Assembly (NCBI GenBank): GCA_029557395.1 | Contig: JAKQIK010000045.1 | Coordinates: 1 to 52,649 of the forward strand | Length of the DNA: 52,649 nucleotides | Reading direction: 5' to 3' | Origin: a bacterium | GTDB lineage: Bacteria > Patescibacteriota > Saccharimonadia > Saccharimonadales > JACDBH01 | Part shown: one piece after another, positions 17,968 through 26,786 of the stretch | Position numbering within the stretch: the first letter of the stretch is position 1 | How the letters are laid out: each line of letters starts with the position of its first letter | Made by a program: the position numbers and the translations under genes | Notes under the pieces: generated by a model | Seen by the model: the letters and a program-made list of their open reading frames with translations, nothing else | Database searches by the model: none | Told to the model about the DNA's origin: nothing

Positions 17968-19740
17968 TTATGCTGTGTCATCCGATGCCACCCTGGATAT
18001 CTCTGCTATTGTTGTTTTGCCCTCTAGAGTCTTGAGGAAACCATCTTGTTGCATCGTAACCATCCCCTCAGATTGGGCAACCTTTTGTATTTCTGAACTA
18101 GATGCTCTTTTCATAATTAAATCCTGAATGGTTTCTGTTACTTCAAAGACTTCGTATAGACCGAGCCTGCCCTTGTATCCTCCTGGAGATTCGGGACTAT
18201 CTTTGCCTTTGTATAAAGTATAAGCATTTTGACCCCTTAGTGGCAAGTTCTCATAGCCCAAATCTTTGGCGTAGGCTGAAATATCGGCTTCTTTTTCTGG
18301 TAGTAACCCACCGATAAACTTTTGTAACATAGCTGTTTCAGATTTGTCAGACTGATAAGCTTCGGGCTCGGCTATCTTGCGTACTAGCCTCTGCCCAATA
18401 ACAGCCCTGACTGTACTAGCTATCAAAAACGGCTCTATTCCCATATCGAGTAAACGCGGGAGGATACCAGCTGCAGAGTTGGTGTGAAGAGTACTAAAGA
18501 CCAAGTGGCCGGTTAGCGCAGCCTGCACTGCCAAACTAGCTGTCTCGGCATCACGAATCTCACCAACCATAACTACATCTGGATCTTGACGAAGTATTGA
18601 CCTCAGTCCAGCGGCAAAAGTTAAGCCAACATCTGCGTTCACCTGTATCTGATTAATTCCACTCATTTTGTACTCAACCGGATCCTCGAGAGTTACGATA
18701 TTGATTGAGTCATCCATTATCTCTTGAATAAGGGCATAAAGGCTAGTACTCTTACCAGAGCCAGTAGGACCAGACGTCAGTACCATACCATTTGGGCTTG
18801 CTATACCCTTGCGAATAGTTCTGAGAGCTCGACCACGATAACCCATGTCTTCTAATTTGAGGCTGGTACCAGATTTGTCTAAAAGACGAATAACCACCTG
18901 CTCGCCCCAAACAACAGGCGAGATAGCAATACGAAGATCGATCTCTTTTTCGTCTACCCTTATAGTAAATTGCCCATCTTGCGGTATACGGTGCTCGTCA
19001 ATTTTTAGGTTACTCAAAATTTTTATTCGACTTACCAGCGGTGCCTCTGTACTCTTTGGCAATTTCATAATTTCTCTGAGTACACCGTCTATCCTGGCTC
19101 TAATTTTGAGTTCATGCTCTAGTGACTCAATATGAACATCACTAGCACGATTCTTGGCTGCATATTCCAAAATTGTACTCAAGGCTTTGCTAATTGGCGA
19201 ATCCTGGACAATAGTCCGGATCGTTTTGTCACCTTTTTTCTTGGATTCTTCTATCTGTTGGTCGACGGCAGTCTCTTCGGTAAATGAAGTGTCAATCTGA
19301 GCTTTGTACTGCGACAATACTGCCCTTATCCCCTGCTCTGAAGCCGTATAAACCTTTAATGGACGGCCGATCTTGTTGCTCAAAAAATCCACAGCCTGAA
19401 CATTATCAGCGTCAAGCATGGCAATCACCAGACGGTGTTGCATCTCACCCAAAGGCACTGCCATATACCTCTCGGCAATATCCTGGGGCAATAGTTCGAG
19501 AGTAGACTGTTCTATTGGAGCATTTGCTAGGTTAACATAGGGAATTTTTGTAATTTTGGCTGTAACACGAGTCAAATCTTCTGGGTTGACCCCTCCGTCT
19601 GAAACTAATAATGCAAACAAAGGGGTAGTAGTTTGTTCGGATTTTTTGCGCAAATCATCCAGACGCTCACGCTCAATCAGCTTATCCTCTACAAGCTGAT
19701 CTTCAACCTGTTTTTGAGTCGAGGCGGATAATACACTCAT
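17968..19740 (-). CDS. pilB: type IV pilus assembly ATPase PilB (GspE family)
   Basis: 590 aa, N-terminal GSPII_E_N-like domain, Walker A GPTGSGKST, Asp and His boxes. Confidence 0.92.
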   Translation of the reverse strand: MSVLSASTQKQVEDQLVEDKLIERERLDDLRKKSEQTTTPLFALLVSDGGVNPEDLTRVTAKITKIPYVNLANAPIEQSTLELLPQDIAERYMAVPLGEMQHRLVIAMLDADNVQAVDFLSNKIGRPLKVYTASEQGIRAVLSQYKAQIDTSFTEETAVDQQIEESKKKGDKTIRTIVQDSPISKALSTILEYAAKNRASDVHIESLEHELKIRARIDGVLREIMKLPKSTEAPLVSRIKILSNLKIDEHRIPQDGQFTIRVDEKEIDLRIAISPVVWGEQVVIRLLDKSGTSLKLEDMGYRGRALRTIRKGIASPNGMVLTSGPTGSGKSTSLYALIQEIMDDSINIVTLEDPVEYKMSGINQIQVNADVGLTFAAGLRSILRQDPDVVMVGEIRDAETASLAVQAALTGHLVFSTLHTNSAAGILPRLLDMGIEPFLIASTVRAVIGQRLVRKIAEPEAYQSDKSETAMLQKFIGGLLPEKEADISAYAKDLGYENLPLRGQNAYTLYKGKDSPESPGGYKGRLGLYEVFEVTETIQDLIMKRASSSEIQKVAQSEGMVTMQQDGFLKTLEGKTTIAEISRVASDDTA

Positions 19741-19758
19741 CTTGCCAGCCTATACTCA

Positions 19759-20001
19759 TCATTGGCCATTATTAAATGGTTGTTCGTTATTGGTCGGAGC
19801 TATCTCGATACGTACAGTAGGATTAATCGAATCCGTATTAATATTGCTAGCATTATTTGTATTAAAATCTTTGGATATAGCCGTCACAGTTTCGGCTTTT
19901 ACTTCTTTATGAGGCGCAACAAACTTGCTAGCTACAAAAAATGAAGCAATGCCGGCAAAGAATACTATTATTATTAGTATAGCTATGTCTTGCTGTTTCA
20001 T
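19759..20001 (-). CDS. small single-TM protein in the pilMNO operon (PilP-position)
   Basis: 80 aa with an N-terminal TM helix, translationally coupled to the upstream pilO-like gene (4-bp overlap). Confidence 0.5.
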   Translation of the reverse strand: MKQQDIAILIIIVFFAGIASFFVASKFVAPHKEVKAETVTAISKDFNTNNASNINTDSINPTVRIEIAPTNNEQPFNNGQ

Positions 20002-20651
20002 TTGACTGTCTCCTCTGTTATTTTAAGGCTGGTGTTTGGCTGATAGTATGTTTTTGCAGCAATATCGACTTTTAAGGCGTCGCCGTTACCAGAAAACTCT
20101 ATCTTGGTTAAACTAAATGGCCTGATGGATTTATCAAATGACCCTACTAATCTCTTTAATTCTGAGAAGTTTGTTGTGACTGTAAATGAAAAAGGTATCT
20201 CTGTTACCTGAGCTTGGGCACTAGAACTTTGTGCAATAATATCATCGCTACCCGTAATACTATCTATCTGATAACCTGCCAGCATCTTCTCAATACTAGA
20301 GGCCAAGGCCGGAAAGTCATATGTATTTGGTAATGCATTTAATATCAAAGTTCCGTTTGAGCCATCTCTATCTGTAGTACCATTTTTGCTACCTCCCATG
20401 AGATTGGTTTCTTGGTTGTCAAACTTTTGATAGGCTTTGGTAAGTTCACCAATTGCAGCTTTATTCTCTTCTAGCTGATCCCGTGCTGTTTCTTTTTTGT
20501 CTATTACTTTAGCCAAGTACCTCGAATTAGACCAAAGACTCTTGCTAGAAACTAGAGAAAAAATAGTCACTACCGAGGCTATCGCAACTGTAGCAAATAT
20601 TGTTGCTTGACCCTTGTCAATCTGTACTTTTTTGGAACTTATATCTTTCAT
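19998..20651 (-). CDS. pilO: PilO-like pilus alignment protein
   Basis: N-terminal TM plus coiled coil. Position after pilN with a 4-bp overlap. Confidence 0.65.
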   Translation of the reverse strand: MKDISSKKVQIDKGQATIFATVAIASVVTIFSLVSSKSLWSNSRYLAKVIDKKETARDQLEENKAAIGELTKAYQKFDNQETNLMGGSKNGTTDRDGSNGTLILNALPNTYDFPALASSIEKMLAGYQIDSITGSDDIIAQSSSAQAQVTEIPFSFTVTTNFSELKRLVGSFDKSIRPFSLTKIEFSGNGDALKVDIAAKTYYQPNTSLKITEETVK

Positions 20652-21355
20652 TGGTTTCCTCCAGATGACTTGTCCTGTTGTTGAGTGCCAGTAAATGGAC
20701 TTGTGTTTGATTGCTGTGAATATGTAGTAATTAAGCTTGGGACTTCTAGACTAATCGACTTCGTCCCATCGAATATCAATGGATCAAAATTTAAGTTAAT
20801 AGTATATGATGATTGACCTTTTTCCGTACCAAACTTCGTCATTACTACATCTTTGAATGCATTGATGGACTCAGTTTTTTCGTCCGATGCATTTTCGGTA
20901 TTTTGCTTGAATTTAGTAAATTTTAAGGTATAAACATAAGTATTTACAGAGCTTAGACTAGTTGCACTGCCAGAGACCTCTATGGTACTTGTAGAAAAAT
21001 CTATTGTTAGCTTGGAAATGCTGACATTAGATGGCGTAGTCTGCTCTATATATACCGGCAATCTATCAGCTGCAGGTCGTCCTGCATAAAGCTGAGGTAG
21101 GGTATTTAGCTGGTTCTGAACACTCAATATCTTGGTTAATTCCTTGTTCGACTCTAACTCAGTCCTTATGGATTTAATGTGTTTATTGAGATTTGTCAAA
21201 TGGCGTTTTTGAGTCAAACTATACGAAAATGTCATCGCCACAATCAAAACCGATACACCCGCAATAACAACCGAGGTTAGCATTACCATACGTTTAGTAC
21301 GCTGGGTCTTGATATATTGAACTTTTACATCTGGTAAGAGATTAAACTGTATCAT
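20648..21355 (-). CDS. pilN: PilN-like pilus alignment protein
   Basis: MIQFNLLPD N-terminal motif (INLLP-like), then TM and coiled coil. Confidence 0.7.
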   Translation of the reverse strand: MIQFNLLPDVKVQYIKTQRTKRMVMLTSVVIAGVSVLIVAMTFSYSLTQKRHLTNLNKHIKSIRTELESNKELTKILSVQNQLNTLPQLYAGRPAADRLPVYIEQTTPSNVSISKLTIDFSTSTIEVSGSATSLSSVNTYVYTLKFTKFKQNTENASDEKTESINAFKDVVMTKFGTEKGQSSYTINLNFDPLIFDGTKSISLEVPSLITTYSQQSNTSPFTGTQQQDKSSGGNQ

Positions 21356-21357
21356 TA

Positions 21358-22386
21358 CTACTCTACCCTCTCCGCAAGTCCGGCCGATACCGCAAAGCTA
21401 TTAGAAATAGCAATCAATTCATCTTGTCTATTTGACGGAAATGCTATGTTACGCCATGCGTTACCAATTTCTATATTTAGACCAAACTTGTTTGCTAAGT
21501 ACAGAGGGAACTCTGGCAAAACAGAAGCACCACCAGAAACAATAACTCTGTCAATATTTGTGCCTTGGTATCTACCCAGGAAGAACTTTATTGATTTATC
21601 GATATCACCCACGAGTAGATCGACTGTACCAATAATTGCGTTATACACTTGACCTTCTAGCTTATCTTTACTGATGCCAAACTTGAATACAAACTGCTGG
21701 GCTTGATTGTCATCAATGTTCAAATTCTGGGCCGCCGATCGTACAATTGCATCGGTACCAGTTGGTATAGATCTAATAAGCCGAGGTGCGCCGTTCATAG
21801 TGATAACGATATCCGTAGACCTACCACCAATATCTACAATCATGGTTGGCAATGGATTGTCAGGTGCCGTCAGCGACCTAGTCAGTGCAATACTATCTGG
21901 CTCAAAAGAAATAACATTCAAGCCAATTGACTCTAGCATTTCTAATCTTGCCTCTGTAAATTCATTTGGCACGCTACTGAGCAGTACCTCGACCTTATCA
22001 GCTTCTTTTGGTGAATCACCTAGTACAACCCAATCTAGCTTACTCTCTGATACAGGAGTAGGAATGAGTGAATCAGCTTGATACATAATGGTTTTGTTTA
22101 ATTCAGCTGGTGATAGGCGCTCAATATCAACAACAGATGTAAATACTTTGTTTGACGGCAGGCCAACAGCAACGTCTTTGGTTAATATCCCTGCCTGTTC
22201 AACTAAATCCTTAATTGCTCTAGCAATTTTCTGTTGATCTGCCTTGGAGTCAGACAAAACAACATTACTATCTAGTGGTATATGGCCGTATTTTACTAAA
22301 GCATTACCTCGCAATTGGACAACTCGGATAGCATTGGAGCTAATATCCAATCCAAAAAAGCTAGATACACCACTAAGCAAGCCCAT
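21358..22386 (-). CDS. pilM: PilM, actin-like ATPase of the pilus alignment complex
   Basis: 342 aa with actin/HSP70-like fold motifs (GLDISSNAIRVV, DIGGRSTD). It is the first gene of pilMNO. Confidence 0.85.
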   Translation of the reverse strand: MGLLSGVSSFFGLDISSNAIRVVQLRGNALVKYGHIPLDSNVVLSDSKADQQKIARAIKDLVEQAGILTKDVAVGLPSNKVFTSVVDIERLSPAELNKTIMYQADSLIPTPVSESKLDWVVLGDSPKEADKVEVLLSSVPNEFTEARLEMLESIGLNVISFEPDSIALTRSLTAPDNPLPTMIVDIGGRSTDIVITMNGAPRLIRSIPTGTDAIVRSAAQNLNIDDNQAQQFVFKFGISKDKLEGQVYNAIIGTVDLLVGDIDKSIKFFLGRYQGTNIDRVIVSGGASVLPEFPLYLANKFGLNIEIGNAWRNIAFPSNRQDELIAISNSFAVSAGLAERVE

Positions 22387-22507
22387 CTAGTTTTCTCTCC
22401 TGTTATTTTTTCGTTTTTCTGTTATATTCATTTGCCACCCTTGTTAAATCTATCATCAATTCTCTAGACATCTATTCTGTAGGTCGACGATAATCATAAT
22501 TAATAAA

Positions 22508-22536
22508 ATTATATCATAACCACAATCAAATCAACA
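22508..22536 (-). promoter_or_regulatory. promoter-like conserved motif, copy 1 (upstream of pilM)
   Basis: Minus strand TGTTGATTTGATTGTGGTTATGATATAAT contains TTGATT and an extended -10 (TGaTATAAT). A 29-bp copy with one mismatch is at 25457-25485. Confidence 0.5.
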
Positions 22537-22549
22537 CTTAATTTTAAGA

Positions 22550-22614
22550 GATTGGGATTTAGATTTAGATTCGGGTTGGGATTGGGATTTAGATTTAGAT
22601 TTGGGTTGGGATTT
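22550..22614. repeat. 30-bp tandem repeat x2.2 (GATTGGGATTTAGATTTAGATTYGGGTTGG)
   Basis: Units at 22550-22579 and 22580-22609 (1 mismatch) plus a 5-bp partial unit. Intergenic, immediately upstream of the pilM promoter-like motif. Confidence 0.9.
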
Positions 22615-22646
22615 GCTTGAATTAGTCTTGTTTAGGCTTGATGAGC

Positions 22647-24902
22647 TTAATAGATTGGTGGCAGTGATCTGATGGCATCGTATCTACCTGCACCAGCACT
22701 ACCTGTATTGGTGTTGGTTGCATTGGGGTTTCGGAGTGGACTTGGAGCTAGGTAGACTTCTGGTGTGTAGTTGATGACTTCAGCTGCACCGGTACCGGTA
22801 CCATTTGAATAGTTTGGTGTCTCAACAGACGAAGTTGAGGTATCGATTGATCCTGCAGTTCGCAGGAATCGGACTTCTTGAGCTACAAGACCACCGTTGA
22901 CGACTAGTTGCTTATCACAGGCAGTTGCTAAATTTGCGGCTGGGAATAAAGTATCGTTGGAATCTGTGCAGGTGTATATATTGCCTTTGTCATTTACGTC
23001 TGGTCCATCTGTTTGGGCGATGAATGTACCGTCAATATTAGTAACATCATTATCTATGTATATATTACCCTTGGCTATAATGTAGAGATTTGGTAGTTCG
23101 GATATATTTGTTGCACCAGTTTGATAGGATATATTGCCATTAATAAAGACATCGCCATCTACGTACACTGCTATTTGATGATCGAGAGGGATGTTAATAG
23201 CACCAATAGTAAGATCGCCTGACGACACTGTATATTGTTTTCTGCCAGGTGCACCGGTGAGAGCACTACCAAAGTTAGTTATAGCACTACTGATACTAGG
23301 GTCTTTGGTAGTATTGTAGTAGTCCGTGATACATTGGGTGTTCTTACTACCACCACCGTAGGTACTGTTACCTTCTGTAGTACCTGTGTTAGCGATTGTT
23401 AAGCTCTTGGGGCTTGTGTTGCCTGCTTGGGAATTAGAATAGAACTCATTAACTTGCAGTAGAGAGCTGACTGTTAGCTGTGATGAGCTACCGACATATT
23501 GGCCAGAACCATTTTGAGAAGTAAAGGCTTGGACACTACCAAAGCCACCAATGATAGGCGCAGGTGCTGCGGGTGAAGGTACCGTACAGGTACCACCGAC
23601 ATTGAATCCACCACCAGAGAGGACCTCCCCTCCGTAGGCTTTGAGGTAGGGTTTGAGGAAGACGGTGATATTACTCATACCAGTACAGGTAACACTTGTA
23701 CCTATATCGATAAAGTTAACCGTGGCAGATACACCGTAATTTCCAGGAGCACTCGGGGTAGTGCCAGTCCAAGTACTAAAGGCCTGGTTTCCCGTCATAT
23801 TTCCAGTAGCGTCAGAGGAAGTAGGACTTCCAGGTCCACTGAAATTTACACTATATCTTCCAATTGGTGTAGAAGGAGACGACACCAAGTCATTTATTGT
23901 TACCGTGACTTCATAGGTCGCACCCATCACGCCAGCACTCTGTGATATAGAGCAGGTACCGGCACAGGCAGGTCTGGTAACTGTTGCTATGAGGGGATTG
24001 TTACCATTAGCAAGACCACTTCCATTCACACCAATAGCATAGACGTAGAATGTCCTTGGTCCTCTACTCATAGTGCCACCAACATTTGCACTAAAATTGT
24101 GTCCAGGACCGCTGGTTGCGAAAGAACCTATACCAACAGACCCTGGTGAACCAGCCGGTGCATCAGCATAAATATGTACGTCTATATTCGTGCCTGGACT
24201 GTCTGCATCAGAAGCCGAACCATTGATTATCTGAGAAGTACATGATGGAGGAGTTGCAGTACCTGTTGGTGCATTGTCTGGGTTCACAAGAGCTACATAG
24301 ACAGGAACTGTTAGTGGCTGGGCATAGCAAGGTCCAAAATCAGAGAGACCTGAACGCGTCCCACCCGACCCGACACACCTAAACGGAGGTGCAGGAACAA
24401 ACCAATTTATTTTTTGTATCGGTACCGGTATGTTGTACCAGCCAGAGGTAGTAAAACCACCTGGTGGAAGATAGGTAAATTCGGCAAAATCAAACCTATA
24501 AGTTCCAGGGGTAGATCGAGTAGGATTAAAGTTGAGTAGCTTATCTGGTATCGAACTCACACCAGGCTGTGGTACCACATGAAAATTGGTCGCTGCGACA
24601 ACATTATTAGACCTACATACGGCCCCCGCGAAGTTTATACGTAGACCAATAGCCTGACTACTAGAATTTACAAAAAATGGCGCTGCCGAAGCATACGAGC
24701 CAGACCATCCTGTAGGGCTCACCCAAGCATTAACAGCAGGGTTTTCTGGATAAGAATCGCAATTCATAAGATAATTCCGTTCACCCGCAGGTATCCAGCC
24801 GCCAGGATCAGGATTAAGTGATATTGTTGCATGAGCTTTTTGATAATTAAAAAAGAGAATAATCACTAACCAAACTGCAAAAAACAACACAAACTTTACC
24901 AT
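22647..24902 (-). CDS. large secreted/surface protein (putative adhesin), unknown family
   Basis: Signal-anchor MVKFVLFFAVWLVIILFF...AHA at the chosen ATG (24900-24902). Gly/Ser/Thr/Pro-rich and beta-rich sequence, with beta-helix-like repeats near the C-terminus. The ORF is open to 25022 but would then overlap the upstream gene. Confidence 0.6.
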   Translation of the reverse strand: MVKFVLFFAVWLVIILFFNYQKAHATISLNPDPGGWIPAGERNYLMNCDSYPENPAVNAWVSPTGWSGSYASAAPFFVNSSSQAIGLRINFAGAVCRSNNVVAATNFHVVPQPGVSSIPDKLLNFNPTRSTPGTYRFDFAEFTYLPPGGFTTSGWYNIPVPIQKINWFVPAPPFRCVGSGGTRSGLSDFGPCYAQPLTVPVYVALVNPDNAPTGTATPPSCTSQIINGSASDADSPGTNIDVHIYADAPAGSPGSVGIGSFATSGPGHNFSANVGGTMSRGPRTFYVYAIGVNGSGLANGNNPLIATVTRPACAGTCSISQSAGVMGATYEVTVTINDLVSSPSTPIGRYSVNFSGPGSPTSSDATGNMTGNQAFSTWTGTTPSAPGNYGVSATVNFIDIGTSVTCTGMSNITVFLKPYLKAYGGEVLSGGGFNVGGTCTVPSPAAPAPIIGGFGSVQAFTSQNGSGQYVGSSSQLTVSSLLQVNEFYSNSQAGNTSPKSLTIANTGTTEGNSTYGGGSKNTQCITDYYNTTKDPSISSAITNFGSALTGAPGRKQYTVSSGDLTIGAINIPLDHQIAVYVDGDVFINGNISYQTGATNISELPNLYIIAKGNIYIDNDVTNIDGTFIAQTDGPDVNDKGNIYTCTDSNDTLFPAANLATACDKQLVVNGGLVAQEVRFLRTAGSIDTSTSSVETPNYSNGTGTGAAEVINYTPEVYLAPSPLRNPNATNTNTGSAGAGRYDAIRSLPPIY

Positions 24903-24927
24903 CCTTGAGCTATTCAATCGATAAAGA

Positions 24928-25449
24928 CTACTGGTCTGCACCCTCTGATCCCCCATTTGATTCCTTACGCATTTTTTCGGTTTGCTCGATAAACTCTCTG
25001 TTTTTTGTAACAAACTCAGCAAGTTTATCTGGATTACTCGTATAGAGATTACCTACACCCATATCAACATCCGATTTATATATAGGCTTGATCTTGTCCA
25101 AGTAAGCTTGAGCCCCGTCAATATCACCCTTGCCTAAAGAGTCAAATACAAGAACAGCCAAGCAGTTCTGATCTGTATCAAACCCTTCTATCTTCTTGAT
25201 AGCTTCTGCTGTATAGGCTAACTTCTCGGGATTTGTTCGCTCGATAAAACCAATAGCCTGAACTATAGTCATTTTATTATCAATAGTACAGGCAATATTA
25301 TTTTTAACTACTGCTGTAGGTTTAGACTCTTCCTTTTTCCTGAGAGTAACAAATGCCACTACTAGAGCTCCAATAATAAGTATTATTACAACCAAAGCAA
25401 CAATAATCTTTCGAGATTTTGGTGAGTTTACTTTACCTACTTGTATCAT
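24928..25449 (-). CDS. membrane-anchored helical protein, unknown function
   Basis: 173 aa, N-terminal TM (IIVALVVIILIIGALVVAFV), helical C-terminal domain. Confidence 0.55.
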   Translation of the reverse strand: MIQVGKVNSPKSRKIIVALVVIILIIGALVVAFVTLRKKEESKPTAVVKNNIACTIDNKMTIVQAIGFIERTNPEKLAYTAEAIKKIEGFDTDQNCLAVLVFDSLGKGDIDGAQAYLDKIKPIYKSDVDMGVGNLYTSNPDKLAEFVTKNREFIEQTEKMRKESNGGSEGADQ

Positions 25450-25456
25450 TTATTAG

Positions 25457-25485
25457 ATTTTATCATAACCACAATCAAATCAACA
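25457..25485 (-). promoter_or_regulatory. promoter-like conserved motif, copy 2 (8 nt upstream of the 173-aa gene start)
   Basis: Minus strand TGTTGATTTGATTGTGGTTATGATAAAAT. Its -10-like element ends ~7 nt before ATG 25449, which would give a near-leaderless mRNA. Confidence 0.45.
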
Positions 25486-25570
25486 TAAAATTTACAAGCC
25501 AGGCGGACTAGGGGGAAGCCCTATCCACTGACTTGTCTATACTGACTACCTCTGTTAAAATAGTCAATAT

Positions 25571-25624
25571 ATGAGCTCACTGCAAATCGGTATTGTTGGG
25601 ACGCTACCCTACCTTTTAAATTAA
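25571..25624 (+). pseudogene. ychF: displaced original 5' end of ychF (start codon + 9 codons) left at attL
   Basis: ATG AGC TCA CTG CAA ATC GGT ATT GTT GG encodes MSSLQIGIVG. It then runs into island DNA and stops after 17 codons. Joining it to 43740 onward restores MSSLQIGIVGLPNVGKST. Confidence 0.75.
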
Positions 25625-25712
25625 CCTTTAAGATGCCCTCTACCGATAGAGGCAAACGCGGATATTCAGACAAATACACTGAAGAACTAGCGAAGAAGGT
25701 TTACTAAGCCAA

Positions 25713-26720
25713 TCAGGACGTCAGATTTGCTTTATTGATTTCAGTTTTAATCTCATCAAGTGTTAGCCGCCTGGCTTGTAGTTCTTTGATTTTTTCAACT
25801 GTCTTTAGGCTACTCTCATTAAACCATCTGTAGCCGCCGTCAGTAGTTTTAGCTACTTTTAATAGCCCCTCATTGGTCCAGAACCGTATCGTACTAGTTG
25901 GCGTATCGCTGACCCGAGCTAATTCTCCAATCTTAAGTAGACGCTCCTCTTTAACTCCCCTTGGCTTTTTATTACCAAGATATACATCAAGTGAGCTATC
26001 TACAGCTTTAATAACCAATGAGTAGAAGTCATTCAAGTCACCAGTCATATGGGCTTTTTCTAGAGCATTGATATAATCTTCCCTCTTATCATTTCCAATA
26101 ACGGTAATGGGATAATTGGCTTGCATAAGAAGTAAGTTCATAAGCAATCGTGCGGTTCGTCCATTACCATCTACAAAAGGGTGTATTCTAACTAGCTTAT
26201 AGTGAGCATCAGCAGCAACAATAACTGGATGCGTCTCACTCTTACTCTTTAGCCAAGTAAAAAATTCTTCCATTAACTCAGGTACTTTAAGTGGATCTGG
26301 TAATTCAACGTCAGAACCAGCTATCGCAACTGGTACGTTACGATACTTTCCAGCGTTTTCATCATCAATCTTTTGCAAAATGAGCTTGTGAATGTTCATT
26401 ACATCTTGCTTGGTGAGATCTTGCTGCTTAGTATTCGCAGCTAGATCTTTAACGTAATCAATTGCTTCGGCGTGGTTGGTAGCCTCTAAGTGTTCAGTTA
26501 ATGTTTTACCTTTAACCGTAACGCCCTTTTCTATTACAAGTGCAGTTTCACGACGATTGAGCGTGTTGCCCTCAATAGCATTTGAGTTATACGTCAGCTC
26601 AACCTTAAACCATTCACTCAGGTTTTTTAGATAGTCGGTAGATAATGGACGCAATTTTTGAAGTTGGTCCTTCTTATCTGTGAGCCTTTGAAGTGTTACT
26701 TGTAAGTTTGAAGTTGTCAT
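25713..26720 (-). CDS. Fic-domain protein fused to a C-terminal MerR-type HTH
   Basis: Fic motif HPFVDGNGRTARLL (HxFxDGNGRxxR). C-terminal KIGELARVSDTPTSTIRFWTNEGLL...GYRWF is MerR-like. Confidence 0.85.
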   Translation of the reverse strand: MTTSNLQVTLQRLTDKKDQLQKLRPLSTDYLKNLSEWFKVELTYNSNAIEGNTLNRRETALVIEKGVTVKGKTLTEHLEATNHAEAIDYVKDLAANTKQQDLTKQDVMNIHKLILQKIDDENAGKYRNVPVAIAGSDVELPDPLKVPELMEEFFTWLKSKSETHPVIVAADAHYKLVRIHPFVDGNGRTARLLMNLLLMQANYPITVIGNDKREDYINALEKAHMTGDLNDFYSLVIKAVDSSLDVYLGNKKPRGVKEERLLKIGELARVSDTPTSTIRFWTNEGLLKVAKTTDGGYRWFNESSLKTVEKIKELQARRLTLDEIKTEINKANLTS

Positions 26721-26786
26721 ACTTTATACCTTTACTTTAAACTTTAACTTTTAGTATATCACAAACTTAAAGTAGATCAACCCCCT

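Noticed and set aside
17366-19505. Plus-strand ORFs (62-150 aa) antisense to pilT and pilB
   Set aside because: They lie antisense within strongly supported ATPase genes, have Ser/Arg-rich biased composition, and lack start context.
22550-22614. Possible CRISPR array
   Set aside because: Only 2.2 directly abutting 30-bp units with no spacers and no cas genes. It is a simple tandem repeat.
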